Position numbers and translations under genes: made by a program. From Candidatus Latescibacterota bacterium (GTDB lineage Bacteria > Latescibacterota > UBA2968 > UBA8231), in assembly GCA_965215195.1 (NCBI GenBank), contig CBDCDC010000002.1, positions 3,392,001-3,456,000 of the forward strand: 64,000 nucleotides of DNA, in the 5' to 3' direction. Under the pieces are notes generated by a model. That model saw nothing but the letters and a program-made list of their open reading frames with translations, was not told where the DNA came from and ran no database searches. The first letter of the stretch is position 1; every line of letters starts with the position of its first letter. Positions 19,030 through 29,299 of the stretch are shown here, one piece after another.

Positions 19030-19770
19030 ATGCCTAACCTAGCAGCCCTTTTGAAAGAAGAGATCAGCAAGATCGCCCGCAAAGAAGTGCAAGACCAAAT
19101 GCGCGAGCTCAAGAAGACAGTGGGCGAACAGCGCACTGCGATCGCTCGCTTGGAAAAGCAAATCGGCCCAGCAAAGGCAAAAGCCGCCGCCAAATCAGCC
19201 GCTGCCAAGCCGGCTGCCAAAGTCAGCGAAGCACCTGCCGGCGCAAAGGAAAAACCAATCCGCATCTCCCCGGATACGATTCTCAAGCACCGCAAGCGCC
19301 TCAAGCTCTCCCAAGCCGAACTGGGCAAATTGCTCAACGTTAGCACCAACACTGTTCTGCGCTGGGAAGCAGGCAAATCCAAACCGCGCAGCAAGCACCT
19401 GCCGGGACTCGACCAACTCCGCTCCATAAGCCTGCGGGAAGTCAAGAAACTCGGCTCAGCATCGGCCGATGCCCAACCGGCCGACGCCCAATCAACCGAC
19501 GCCCAACCGACCGACGAAGTCAGCGAAGCACCTGCCGGCGCGAAGGAAAAACAAGTCCGCCGCCGCCGCATCTCCCCGGATACGATTCTCAAGCACCGCA
19601 AGCGCCTCAAGCTCTCCCAAGCCGAACTGGGCAAGTTGCTCAACGTTAGCACCAACACTGTTCTGCGTTGGGAAGCGGGCAAATCCAAACCGCGCAGCAA
19701 GCACCTGCCGGGACTCGACCAACTCCGCTCCATAAGCCTGCGGGAAGTCAAGAAACAGCTCGACGAATAA
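19030..19770 (+). CDS. XRE-family HTH protein with two near-identical HTH domains
   Basis: MPNLAALLKEEISKIARKE coiled-coil, then two copies of RKRLKLSQAELGKLLNVSTNTVLRWEAGKSKPR. Confidence 0.85.
   Translation: MPNLAALLKEEISKIARKEVQDQMRELKKTVGEQRTAIARLEKQIGPAKAKAAAKSAAAKPAAKVSEAPAGAKEKPIRISPDTILKHRKRLKLSQAELGKLLNVSTNTVLRWEAGKSKPRSKHLPGLDQLRSISLREVKKLGSASADAQPADAQSTDAQPTDEVSEAPAGAKEKQVRRRRISPDTILKHRKRLKLSQAELGKLLNVSTNTVLRWEAGKSKPRSKHLPGLDQLRSISLREVKKQLDE
19220..19756 (+). repeat. Intragenic direct duplication (about 230 bp) with a 15-bp tandem-repeat linker
   Basis: 19220-19450 is nearly identical to 19517-19756. The linker encodes ADAQP-ADAQS-TDAQP. Confidence 0.9.
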
Positions 19771-19788
19771 CCGGCTTTGCATAAGAAC

Positions 19789-19824
19789 CAAAACCCCCTT
19801 AGTCCGCGGACTAAGGGGGTTTTG
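19789..19824. terminator. Intrinsic (probably bidirectional) terminator
   Basis: Perfect inverted repeat CAAAACCCCCTTAGTCC-GC-GGACTAAGGGGGTTTTG between convergent genes. Confidence 0.85.
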
Positions 19825-19901
19825 TAGTATTAGTGATTAGTCGCCTAAAGGCGCGGTGAAGCCCACACCACCGCCGAGGGGTTGGGACTAACCACGAACT
19901 A

Positions 19902-20723
19902 TCACTGCCAGTGCGCTATATAGTCGCCCATCTGCTGCTGCAACTCCGCGTTGCCGCGCTTAACGGCTCCTCGCCAGACAATCCGCGCCTTGTGCAATAG
20001 CATGGCGCACGCGGCCGCAGCGCGATCCGCTGTGAGTTGCGGCTCCTCGCGCAGCAGCTTGTCGAGCGCGTACACCCGGAAGCGATCCATCGCGTAGTGC
20101 GCCTGCGATAGTTGATCGGCGTGGCCGCCGTATTTGCGGATGAGTTGCTCGGCCAAATAGACCACTTCGTAGCGGCAGGTAATCCGCAGCCAAAGTTCGT
20201 AGTCCTCGCAAGCGGGCAGGCATTCGTCAAATAGACCGACGTCCGCAAAGACCCGGCGGTGAATCGCAATCGACGAAGGCGACATAACACACAAGGGCAA
20301 GGCTTTGTAGAAAATGTCGCCGCCGTATTTCTGGTGGTGTTTGTGGGGGTTGACCCGCACGCCATTGCGGATCCAAATCTCGTCGGTGTGGCATACCAAC
20401 AACCCGCTCTCGCGCAGAGCCGCTGCTTGGCGTACGAGTTTGTTGGGCAGCCATTCGTCGTCCGAGTCGAGCAGGGCGATCCACTCGCCCTCGGCCGCCG
20501 CGATCCCGCGATTGCGCGCGGCCGAGACCCCGCTGTTTTCCTCCAAGATCACCATTTTGACTGCACTGCCAAATTCCTCGCGCACCCGCTGGGGCGTACC
20601 ATCGTCGGAGGCGTCGTCCACCACGATCACTTCAAAATCCGCCCCTTGCTGCGCCAGTACCGAGCGGATCGCCCGGCCGACTAACGCACGGCGGTTGTAC
20701 ACGGGAATGACCACCGAGAACAC
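19902..20723 (-). CDS. Glycosyltransferase family 2
   Basis: SVVIPVYNR, VVDDASDD, ARNRGI, LLDSDDEW, EDYELWLR. Confidence 0.92.
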   Translation of the reverse strand: MFSVVIPVYNRRALVGRAIRSVLAQQGADFEVIVVDDASDDGTPQRVREEFGSAVKMVILEENSGVSAARNRGIAAAEGEWIALLDSDDEWLPNKLVRQAAALRESGLLVCHTDEIWIRNGVRVNPHKHHQKYGGDIFYKALPLCVMSPSSIAIHRRVFADVGLFDECLPACEDYELWLRITCRYEVVYLAEQLIRKYGGHADQLSQAHYAMDRFRVYALDKLLREEPQLTADRAAAACAMLLHKARIVWRGAVKRGNAELQQQMGDYIAHWQ

Positions 20724-20730
20724 AGCCGGC

Positions 20731-22842
20731 TCAGTTGCTGGCAGCGAGCGCGGCGGCCGCGTCTAGTTTTTCGATGACCATTTCTGGCGTAATAACCTCG
20801 GGCAACACCAGCGGCTGGTCGATAAGACCGGCGGGAAAAATTGCGTACAGGGGCACCCCGGAGCGACCAAAAGCGCGCAAGAGCTGCGTGATCTCGGGGT
20901 TGCGGTTGGTCCAATCGGCTTTGACTAGAGCCACATTGAGCGCGGCAAACCGCTCGCGTACCACTTGCTGCGCCAACACGGCCCGCTCGTTGACTTTGCA
21001 CGTCCAGCACCACTCGGCCGTAAAGTCGATAAAGACCATCTGCCCGCCCGCGACCAATTCCTCGACGCGGGTGGCACTAAACGGCTGCCAGTCTAGTTCA
21101 GATGCTGCCGTCTGCTCGGCCGCTAGCAACGGATGGACAAAGATCGCATAGCTGCCCAAAACCAGCGCCAGCGCCACCGCACGGGCCACCCTCTTTGAAC
21201 GGTTGGGATGCTGGAAGCTGCCCCACTGACCCCAGACCCAGCAGGCCAGCCCCAGACCCAGCAAAAAGGCACCCGTCCACACTACGCCTTCGACCCCGAC
21301 CTGATTGCCCAAGACCCAGAGTAACCACAGCACCGTGGCCATCAGCAAAAAGCCCATTAGCTGCTTGAACCGCACCATCCAAGGGCCGGGTTTGGGTAAG
21401 CGCCCGATCCACGCCGGCTCAATCGCCAGCACCACATACGGCAGGGCCATACCCGCGCCAATCGCCAAAAAAACTGCGACGACGACGCCGGCCGGCTGGG
21501 CAAAGGCAAACCCAAGCGCGGTCCCCAAAAAGGGCGCGGTGCAGGGCGTGGCCAGAATCGTCGCCAGCACGCCGTTGAGAAAGGATCCCGTCAACCCCTC
21601 GCGTCCGTCTAGCCCTCCCAAGCTGCTGGTTCCCGGAAGCAGGATTTCATAAACGCCGAACAGATTTAGGGCCAACGCGAAGACCAAGGCACTCATCGCC
21701 ACCACAAAACCCGGGTACTGGAACTGAAAACCCCAACCGATCTGCTCACCACTGCTTTTGACCAACAGCACTGCTAGCGCCAGCGCCAAAAAAGTGGCCA
21801 CAATACCGGCGCAAAACGCCCACCCTAGTTGCCGCACTCGCTTGGTTTCCTCGCCGGCTTGATTGACAAACCCTAGCACCTTGAGCGAGATGACCGGCAA
21901 CACGCAGGGCATCAGGTTGAGGATCAACCCACCCAACGCCGCAAAGGCCATATAGACCCACAGCGACCGAGCGACCTGCCCGCTAGCCGCGCGGTAATCC
22001 CGCTGCAAGAGCCCCCCTCCCTCGCGCGGCGCAGCGCGCAAATTTAGCACCAGCGTCCCGGCCTGCACCTCGCCATCTAGCCCATAGACGAGCACTCCGC
22101 GCAACGCATCGACTTCGGCGTCGCCGTAGGGTTCGACAGACAGCACGAGGTGATCGGCCGCTAGGCGCCGGGTGGAAAGCGCAAAATCGTCGGCTGCCAG
22201 CGGATAAAAGTCGGGCATCTGCTCGCCCTGCTCGAAAGCCTTGTCCTCGTGGGAAAGGCGCACGTCAACCTTCAAAGCCCCCTCGCCCCGCACGGCGAGT
22301 TCTACCGCAATGCGCTCGTCCAACGCGCCCGGCACCCGCGCTGCATAGCGGTCAAATTGCGCCTGCTGGGCGCTCGGCTTGCCGACGGCGGCCACTGGCA
22401 GCGCCAGCGCCAACGACGCCTCGCCCGGGATGCACAATTCGCGGCACACCAGCCAAGAGACCTCGGCCGCAAGGCGCAGCGTATCCCCGGCTGCCAACGC
22501 GCTCGGCGCGGTAGCCTCGGCCATGAGCAGCACTTCGTCGGCATACCCATAGACCACCAGCTCCCCTTGTTCCTCGAATTTGTTGGGCAAGGGCCATTGC
22601 AACGGTCCTACCACAACCCCGGCCGGTAGCTGCCACTCAACCTCGATCGGCAAGCCGGCGTCGCCGCTAAAAATCCAATAGGTATGCCACCCCTCCTCCA
22701 TCTTCAGCTCGACTCCCAGCCGGAAGGGCTGGCCGGGAACCACGGCATGTACATCGGCCAAAAAATTGGCCTGTACTGGGTGGTCGTCGGCGTTGAGCCG
22801 CCCGTAGAGGACTAACGCGAGGAGGAAGATGAGATTGTACAT
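20731..22842 (-). CDS. dsbD: Protein-disulfide reductase DsbD/ScsB-like
   Basis: N-terminal domain with WHTYW and CRELC, TM domain LMPCVLP and ATPCTAP, thioredoxin WCWTC. Start moved to MYNLIF. Confidence 0.88.
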   Translation of the reverse strand: MYNLIFLLALVLYGRLNADDHPVQANFLADVHAVVPGQPFRLGVELKMEEGWHTYWIFSGDAGLPIEVEWQLPAGVVVGPLQWPLPNKFEEQGELVVYGYADEVLLMAEATAPSALAAGDTLRLAAEVSWLVCRELCIPGEASLALALPVAAVGKPSAQQAQFDRYAARVPGALDERIAVELAVRGEGALKVDVRLSHEDKAFEQGEQMPDFYPLAADDFALSTRRLAADHLVLSVEPYGDAEVDALRGVLVYGLDGEVQAGTLVLNLRAAPREGGGLLQRDYRAASGQVARSLWVYMAFAALGGLILNLMPCVLPVISLKVLGFVNQAGEETKRVRQLGWAFCAGIVATFLALALAVLLVKSSGEQIGWGFQFQYPGFVVAMSALVFALALNLFGVYEILLPGTSSLGGLDGREGLTGSFLNGVLATILATPCTAPFLGTALGFAFAQPAGVVVAVFLAIGAGMALPYVVLAIEPAWIGRLPKPGPWMVRFKQLMGFLLMATVLWLLWVLGNQVGVEGVVWTGAFLLGLGLACWVWGQWGSFQHPNRSKRVARAVALALVLGSYAIFVHPLLAAEQTAASELDWQPFSATRVEELVAGGQMVFIDFTAEWCWTCKVNERAVLAQQVVRERFAALNVALVKADWTNRNPEITQLLRAFGRSGVPLYAIFPAGLIDQPLVLPEVITPEMVIEKLDAAAALAASN

Positions 22843-22869
22843 GGGAACCTCGAAGGAGAGATAAGGGGA

Positions 22870-22963
22870 AGGGGATAGGGCGGTGCCCCTACGCGATTTG
22901 CCCAGAGCGTTGGTAGGGGTGCCCCTAGAGACGACTAGGGCAATCACAAAGATCGCCCCCACA
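22870..22963. repeat. Degenerate GTAG-type REP-like palindromes
   Basis: GTAGGGGCACCGCCCT (- strand), GTAGGGGTGCCCCTA, and GTGGGGGCGATCTTTGTGATTGCCCT (- strand) in an intergenic gap. Confidence 0.5.
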
Positions 22964-22965
22964 GG

Positions 22966-23571
22966 TCACCCGCGCAGCACGGCTCGATGGATCTGCTCGA
23001 TGTCGATTAAGCGGCAACCCAAGCGGCGGGCGCAATCCACTAGCTGCTGGCCCTTGGCCATTGAGCCGTCAGGAGCCATCACTTCGGACATCACTGCCGC
23101 CGGAAAAAGTTCGGCCTGACGGGCCAACTCCACCGCGCCCTCGGTGTGCCCCTGGCGGCTGAGCAGCCCTTCTGGGCGGGCGGCTAAGGGCAATACGTGC
23201 CCAGGGATGACGATATCGTCGGGGCCGGTATCCGGCTGGAGGGCGCGCCGGATGGACGTGGCGCGGTCTTCAGCCGAAACGCCGGTTCCAATCCCCTCTA
23301 GCGCGTCAAACGGCAGGCCGAAGCGCGGGGTCGTCCAGTCGGCGTTGTGCGGCTCAATCAGTCCGACGCCGAGACGCGCTAAGTGGTTCTCGGTCGTGGC
23401 TAGGTGTAGCATGCCACGCGCCTCTTTGAGCATTTGATTGATCGCAGCACCCGAAACGCATTCGGCGGCCACGATCAGATCGCCTTCGTCTTCCCGCTCG
23501 CGCGCATCCACTAAAATTAGGAACTGTCCAGCGCGGAAATCCGCGATCGCTTCGTTGAGCCGACAGAACAT
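22966..23571 (-). CDS. DHBP synthase (RibB)-like protein, atypical active site
   Basis: REDEGD, TGVSAEDR, PGHVLPL, RQGHTE retained. Several canonical residues are substituted. Confidence 0.8.
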   Translation of the reverse strand: MFCRLNEAIADFRAGQFLILVDAREREDEGDLIVAAECVSGAAINQMLKEARGMLHLATTENHLARLGVGLIEPHNADWTTPRFGLPFDALEGIGTGVSAEDRATSIRRALQPDTGPDDIVIPGHVLPLAARPEGLLSRQGHTEGAVELARQAELFPAAVMSEVMAPDGSMAKGQQLVDCARRLGCRLIDIEQIHRAVLRG

Positions 23572-24693
23572 TTATTGCACCCGGTGCGCCATAAGCACCG
23601 CTTCGTCGAGTTCAATTCCCAAGCCGGGCGCGTCCGGCACCCGGATGTGGCCGTCTATTGTGGTTTCTGCCGGACGCACCAACTCGCCGCGCCAATCCAC
23701 CTCGCCAAACGCAAATTCGAGCACCGTGAAGTTGGCAACGGTCGCCGCCAAGTGTACCCCGGCCATCGTCGATACCGGACCCGCCGGGCTGTGGGGCGCG
23801 ATTGGCATCTGTGCTACCTCGGCCAACGCGGCAATGCGCCGGCATTCGGTAATGCCACCGGCGTGTTTGACATCTGGCATCAGCACATCCACTGCTCCTT
23901 GGGCAATGTAAGGCCAAAAGCCTTCGCGGCCGACGAGTGACTCGCCGCCGGCAATGGTCTGGCCCGAGTGCAGCCGCAACTGGCGCAGGGCATCGACTTG
24001 GTTGCGCGGCACGGGCTCCTCAAACCAGTGCAGATCGAGCGGACGCACCTTTTCGGCCACCTTAAAAGCCAAAGCCAAGTCAAAGCGCTGATGGCAATCG
24101 ACCAACAGTTCGATTTCGTCGCCAATGGCCTCCCGCGTCGCCACAAGCCGCGCGATCCCTTTGTCCGCGCTGCGCTCAACCCCACCGCGATCCATCCGCC
24201 GCCAATGCACCTCGTCAAAGGGCGTGCTCTTGACGGCACCAAAGCCGGCGTCAACCGCTCGGCGCGCTGCATCGGCAAACCCCTGTGGGCTGCGGTCGCG
24301 GGTGCCGCGATTGAGATTGGCGTACAAGCGCACCGCGCCGCGCCGCTTGCCGCCCAGCAGGCGCCAAGCCGGCACCCCGAGTGCCTTGCCGGCCAAATCC
24401 CACAGCGCTTGGTCGACTGCGCTCCGCGCCGTGGCCCCGACGCGGCCGGCGTCGCCCGAGAAAATCGCCGCGCCCCGCGCCATTTGTTCCCACAATACCT
24501 CTACTTGGGTCGGGTCTGCGCCCACCAACCGCGGCCCCAATTGCTCCAGCGCGGCCGCGACCAAGCCATCGTTGCCGCTCTGGCTCGCTTCGCCCAGCCC
24601 ACTCAGCCCGGCGTCGGTGTGGATTTGCACGAAGAGCCAATTGCCGCGCTGCGACGCCGCCACTGAATGCAGTTCCAAACGAGTAATTTTCAC
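23572..24693 (-). CDS. Mandelate racemase/enolase-superfamily dehydratase (DgoD-like)
   Basis: SAVDQALWDLAGK, VDCH, WFEEP, GGE, PDVKHAGG, APHSP. GTG start after a GGAGA RBS. Confidence 0.88.
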   Translation of the reverse strand: MKITRLELHSVAASQRGNWLFVQIHTDAGLSGLGEASQSGNDGLVAAALEQLGPRLVGADPTQVEVLWEQMARGAAIFSGDAGRVGATARSAVDQALWDLAGKALGVPAWRLLGGKRRGAVRLYANLNRGTRDRSPQGFADAARRAVDAGFGAVKSTPFDEVHWRRMDRGGVERSADKGIARLVATREAIGDEIELLVDCHQRFDLALAFKVAEKVRPLDLHWFEEPVPRNQVDALRQLRLHSGQTIAGGESLVGREGFWPYIAQGAVDVLMPDVKHAGGITECRRIAALAEVAQMPIAPHSPAGPVSTMAGVHLAATVANFTVLEFAFGEVDWRGELVRPAETTIDGHIRVPDAPGLGIELDEAVLMAHRVQ

Positions 24694-24832
24694 ACGGTCT
24701 CTCCAGCGTAAAACTGCGCCCTCAGAAAACATAAAGAAGAGACAGTCAAGCCGCTACGCACGGCGGGGTTCACGCGGTTCAACGGAGTCGTTATGTTTTT
24801 AGTTCGCTCCCTCTTGCCCCGGAGGTGAAAGC

Positions 24833-27082
24833 ATGGATCTCTTCGACGCCGGACTTCGGGATCGCCAAGCCGCGGACCAACCCCTAGCCGCCCGCCTGCG
24901 GCCGCGCACCTTAGGCGAATACGTCGGCCAAGACCACATTCTCGGGCCGGGCCGCCTGCTGCGGCGCGCCATTGAGGCCGATCAACTCTCCTCGCTGATT
25001 TTCTACGGCCCGCCCGGCACGGGCAAAACCACGCTCGCCGCGGTCATCGCCCACACCACCCGCGCCCATTTTATCTCCATCAACGCCGTTTTGGCCGGGG
25101 TCGCCGACATTCGCCGGGCCGTCGATGAAGCCGGCCAGTTGCGCAAGTTGCACAGCCGCAAAACCATCCTCTTCATCGACGAGGTCCACCGCTTCAACAA
25201 GGCCCAGCAAGACGCGCTCCTGCCTTGGGTCGAAAACGGCACCATCATCCTCATCGGCGCGACCACCGAAAATCCATACTTCTCGGTCAACCGCCCCCTG
25301 CTCTCGCGCAGCCGGGTTTTTCAGCTACAAGGGCTTGACTCCGACGCCCTCGCGCACATCGCCCAACAGGCGCTCGCCGACTCGCGCGGCTATGGCCATG
25401 TCCGCGTCGTTCTGCACCCCGAAGCCCTCGCGCACCTGATCGACGTGGCCAACGGCGACGCCCGCGCCCTGCTCAACGCCCTAGAGTTGGCGGTCGAAAC
25501 CACCGAGCCAGACACCCAAGGGCGGATCGCCATCGACCTAGCAGTGGCCGAGGAGTCCATCCAGCGCCGCGCCCTGCTCTACGACAAGGAGGGCGACTAC
25601 CACTTCGACGCCATCAGCGCCTTTATCAAATCCATGCGCGGCTCGGATCCAGACGCCACCCTCTACTGGCTGGCGCGGATGGTGTACGCCGGCGAAGACC
25701 CGCGCTTTCTCTTTCGCCGCATGCTCATCTTCGCCAGCGAAGACGTCGGCCTCGCCGACGAGCGCGCCCTCCAGGTCGTCGTGGCCGCGGCTGAATCCTT
25801 TGACCGCATCGGTCTGCCCGAAGGGCGCTTTCCCTTGGCGCACGCCGCCTTGTACTTGGCCACCGCGCCCAAGAGCAACTCAACTATGGCCTTTTTCGAC
25901 GCGCTCGCGGTCGTGGAAAAAGAGCGCGAAGGCGAGGTGCCCAGCCACCTCAAAGACGCCAGCCGCGACAGCGAGGGCTTTGGCCACGGCGCGGGTTATC
26001 TCTACCCCCACGCCTACCGCGAGCACTGGGTTGCCCAGCAGTACCTGCCCGCCGCTCTGCAGGGCCGCATCTTCTACCAGCCCTCGGATCAAGGCCGCGA
26101 AAAAGAAGCTGGTGACCGCGTCCGCCAACGCCGCGAGCTACAGCTCGCCGCCATGCGAGAAGCCGAGGCCGCCCCGGCCGAGATTCTGTCCCTGTCCCCG
26201 CCCGACCAAGTGCGCGACCAATGGCTCAAGCGCGCCAGCGGCGACGTTGGCACCCAACTAGAGCACACGCGCCAACGCCTCTTCGCCCCGCTCGCACTGG
26301 CGCGCCATCACCTCGTCCTCGACTTGGAGGCCGGCACGGGCCTGCTCACTTGGGAAGCCCTGCGGCGCGTGCCCGAAGGCGGCGTCTGGGCGCACACCAG
26401 CGACAAGATCGCGGCCGTGGCCCTGCACGAAACCGCCGCCCACCTAGCCGAGATCGAGCGGCCCCAAGTGCTGCAAGGCCCGCTCGCCGCCCTCGCCGAC
26501 CAGCTCGCCGCTCGCGACCCCGACATTCTTTTTGACGCCATCATCGGGCGCAATGCCCTCGGCGCACTAGCGCACAAGGCCGAAGTCATCGCAGCCCTGC
26601 ATCGCCACCTCGCCCCACAGGGCCGCGTCAGCTTGGTCGAGACCCTCGCGCGCCGGTCGCAGCGCCTGTACCAGTTGCTCGACTTACAGCGGCTCGGCGA
26701 CCTAGGCGAGCGCCTCGTCGCGGCCGAAGAGGCCATTTACGCCGCGCCCGACAATCCGCGTGTCAATTGGGATGCCGCGGATCTCGAACAAATGTTCGCG
26801 GCCGCGGGCTTTGGTGCGGTGCAGGTGCGGGTGGAAGCGGTGCAGTCGCAGCGGCACATTGAGCCGCGCCATCTCGCGCACTGGTTCAATCCCGGCGGCG
26901 AGAAGCGGCACACGTACGCCCACCATCTGACCCAGCATCTCGACGAAGGCGAGCTGCGGCGGGTGCGCAAGCTCTTTGAGCAGAGCTTGGCCAACCACAC
27001 GGTGACTTGGACGACATCTCAGGTATTCATCGCGGCGGAAGGGCGGCGAGAAAGCGATGCGGATGCAGCACCTAAGAATTGA
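24833..27082 (+). CDS. rarA: Replication-associated recombination protein A fused to a C-terminal methyltransferase-like domain
   Basis: [44 protein letters not shown]-terminal [11 protein letters not shown]. Confidence 0.9.
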   Translation: MDLFDAGLRDRQAADQPLAARLRPRTLGEYVGQDHILGPGRLLRRAIEADQLSSLIFYGPPGTGKTTLAAVIAHTTRAHFISINAVLAGVADIRRAVDEAGQLRKLHSRKTILFIDEVHRFNKAQQDALLPWVENGTIILIGATTENPYFSVNRPLLSRSRVFQLQGLDSDALAHIAQQALADSRGYGHVRVVLHPEALAHLIDVANGDARALLNALELAVETTEPDTQGRIAIDLAVAEESIQRRALLYDKEGDYHFDAISAFIKSMRGSDPDATLYWLARMVYAGEDPRFLFRRMLIFASEDVGLADERALQVVVAAAESFDRIGLPEGRFPLAHAALYLATAPKSNSTMAFFDALAVVEKEREGEVPSHLKDASRDSEGFGHGAGYLYPHAYREHWVAQQYLPAALQGRIFYQPSDQGREKEAGDRVRQRRELQLAAMREAEAAPAEILSLSPPDQVRDQWLKRASGDVGTQLEHTRQRLFAPLALARHHLVLDLEAGTGLLTWEALRRVPEGGVWAHTSDKIAAVALHETAAHLAEIERPQVLQGPLAALADQLAARDPDILFDAIIGRNALGALAHKAEVIAALHRHLAPQGRVSLVETLARRSQRLYQLLDLQRLGDLGERLVAAEEAIYAAPDNPRVNWDAADLEQMFAAAGFGAVQVRVEAVQSQRHIEPRHLAHWFNPGGEKRHTYAHHLTQHLDEGELRRVRKLFEQSLANHTVTWTTSQVFIAAEGRRESDADAAPKN

Positions 27083-27142
27083 TTTATGGCGTCTCGCGGC
27101 TTACCTTATCCGCATTCCGCCACCCCTAACCCGCCATAGACC

Positions 27143-28357
27143 ATGATCGCCAAGCGCCTAACCTGCCTCCTTTTATTGGGCCTCAGCGCCTGTAGCACCA
27201 CCGAAGAGCAGGTCGTTGAGCTTCTAGAACAGATGGCCGCCAACCCGGTGGATGCGCCCGCCTATCAGCAATCCATCGACGAATTGGCCGCCATTGGCCG
27301 CCCGGCCGCCCGCCAGCTCATCGCCCGCCTCAACCCCGACCTGTACCTCGGCGAAAACTACCGCGAGTTCCGCGACGAACAGGAAAAGCTCCGCATCGGT
27401 TGCGCCCGAGCTTTGGGCCGCATCAAGCCGCGCGGGGCCACAGCCGCGCTCAAGGATCGGATCACAACCGCCTATACCGACCGCGAGCGCATCGCCTGCC
27501 TGTGGGCCATGGGCCAAGTCGGCTACGTCCAAGCGGGCGTGGATGCGGCCAAAGTCCAGCTCGACGACCCCGATCCCATCATCCGCATCCACGCGGCCAT
27601 CGCCCTGCTCAAGATGGACGACGAGCTCGGCACCAGCGAAATCGAAGCCGCCCTAACCGGCAACGACCCGGGCTTGGTCCAAACCGCCCTGCAAGGGCTA
27701 GAGGAAGCTGGCTACTTCGGCGTCCCGCTGCTCGTGGAGCTGAGCGGCCGCGCCGGCCCTCACCAAGGCGCACTGCGCTCGGTGATAGCCGAGGTCCAAG
27801 ACCAACTCATCGCTCAGTTAGAGGCCGAAGAGCCCGTCCACCGCCAGCGCGCCGCGCAAGCCCTCGGCTACATCGGCGACGAGAGTGCTGCCGCCGCCCT
27901 AGCCGATCTACTGACAGACCCCAGCAATCAAGTGCGCTTTAGTACGGCTGCCGCCTTGGCCACCATGGGGCGCAGCCGCGGCATTGAGTTCCTCTTTGAG
28001 GCCCTGCGCAACACCGACTCCATCCTCCGCGCCAATGCCGTCAAGTTCCTCACCAACGTCCAGCAACAGTCCGGCGCAGTCGAAGCCCAGCTCATAGCCG
28101 CCCTCAACGACGAGGATCCGCTCGCCCGCGCCGGCGCAGCTCAAGTCTTGGGCCAAGCGCGTGTGCAATCTGCCCTCAGCGCCCTGCTGGCGGCCACCAT
28201 GGACGAGGTTGCCGACGTGCGCACCAACGCGGCCATTGCCCTCGGTCAAATCGGCGGCGACCAAAGCCGCGCCCAGCTCGAAAAATTGCGCCGCGACAGC
28301 GACGCCACCGTTTCCTACTACGCCGAGTGGGCCTTGGGTCAGCTCGGATCTAGTTGA
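27143..28357 (+). CDS. HEAT-repeat lipoprotein
   Basis: Lipobox LSAC. Repeated D-x-x-VR-x-x-AA-x-ALG units. Confidence 0.85.
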   Translation: MIAKRLTCLLLLGLSACSTTEEQVVELLEQMAANPVDAPAYQQSIDELAAIGRPAARQLIARLNPDLYLGENYREFRDEQEKLRIGCARALGRIKPRGATAALKDRITTAYTDRERIACLWAMGQVGYVQAGVDAAKVQLDDPDPIIRIHAAIALLKMDDELGTSEIEAALTGNDPGLVQTALQGLEEAGYFGVPLLVELSGRAGPHQGALRSVIAEVQDQLIAQLEAEEPVHRQRAAQALGYIGDESAAAALADLLTDPSNQVRFSTAAALATMGRSRGIEFLFEALRNTDSILRANAVKFLTNVQQQSGAVEAQLIAALNDEDPLARAGAAQVLGQARVQSALSALLAATMDEVADVRTNAAIALGQIGGDQSRAQLEKLRRDSDATVSYYAEWALGQLGSS

Positions 28358-28376
28358 CCCTAACCCCTCTCGCGCC

Positions 28377-29285
28377 ATGCAAAATGCAATCTGCCTGTTG
28401 TTCGTCCTCTTGGCCCTGCCGCCGTTTGCCGCACCCAGCCGCGCCGGCGAAACGCCCGAGACCCTCCTCATCCGCCAAGCGCTCGCCAACGACATCTCCG
28501 GGTATCGCCGGGCCGATGCCGAGCTGGCCCTCAAGGCGTACCACCCGCACTTCGTCGCCTATCAGGGCCACGCCAACGGCGACCCTCGCGCCTGGACGGT
28601 CCTGCACGAAAACCGCGATGCGTTCGCCAGCCAGCTAGCCGAGGACCTCAGCGCCCGGCGCTACGAGGTCGCACGCACAGTTCCCTTTATCGCGGTGCGC
28701 GCAACCCACGCCATTGCCACCAGCTTAGACTCCGGGCGCGTCGTCGATCGCCAGACCAGCAAGGCCGCGCCGGTCGCCATCCACCGCTTCTGGACTTTTC
28801 TCAAGGAAGAGGACGACTGGCTGGCCACGGCCATGGTCGCGGATTTGGGCGACACGCTCTTGCCCGCGGCCGGCGCGGCCGCCAACGGCGAGATCGCCGA
28901 GCTGTTGCAGCGCGAAAGCCAAGCGTGGGCAGCGGGCAGCGGCATCCTCGGCTTCTTCGACGCAAACTTCACTGGCTGCGACGCCTTGGGCACTTTCAAA
29001 CCGGCCTCCTACAAAATCGCCTTTAGCGGCAGCGAAGAACTAGAAAAGTGGCTCGACAAGCGGTTGCCCTACGTGCAGTACGAGCTCGACCGCAAAGTGC
29101 TCCACACAGCTGTAGGGCCGGCCGGCCGCGAAGCATTGGCCGTCACGCACGAAGAAGTGGCTGTTGAGCACGTCAAAGGGCCGGCCAAACACCACAAGGA
29201 ACGCTACGTGTTCTGGACGCTGAGCCGCCGCTCCGGCTCGTGGAAGATCACCAACATGGTATTCAACGTGGGACTTGCCGACTAG
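28377..29285 (+). CDS. Secreted protein with two NTF2/SnoaL-like domains
   Basis: Signal peptide MQNAICLLFVLLAL. Two halves end in FWTFLKEEDDWLA and FWTLSRRSGSWKI. Confidence 0.6.
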   Translation: MQNAICLLFVLLALPPFAAPSRAGETPETLLIRQALANDISGYRRADAELALKAYHPHFVAYQGHANGDPRAWTVLHENRDAFASQLAEDLSARRYEVARTVPFIAVRATHAIATSLDSGRVVDRQTSKAAPVAIHRFWTFLKEEDDWLATAMVADLGDTLLPAAGAAANGEIAELLQRESQAWAAGSGILGFFDANFTGCDALGTFKPASYKIAFSGSEELEKWLDKRLPYVQYELDRKVLHTAVGPAGREALAVTHEEVAVEHVKGPAKHHKERYVFWTLSRRSGSWKITNMVFNVGLAD

Positions 29286-29299
29286 CACGGGCGCAACGC

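Noticed and set aside
19005-19791. Minus-strand ORFs 19005..19751 and 19492..19791 with repeated sequence
   Set aside because: Antisense to the HTH gene; the repeats simply mirror its duplication.
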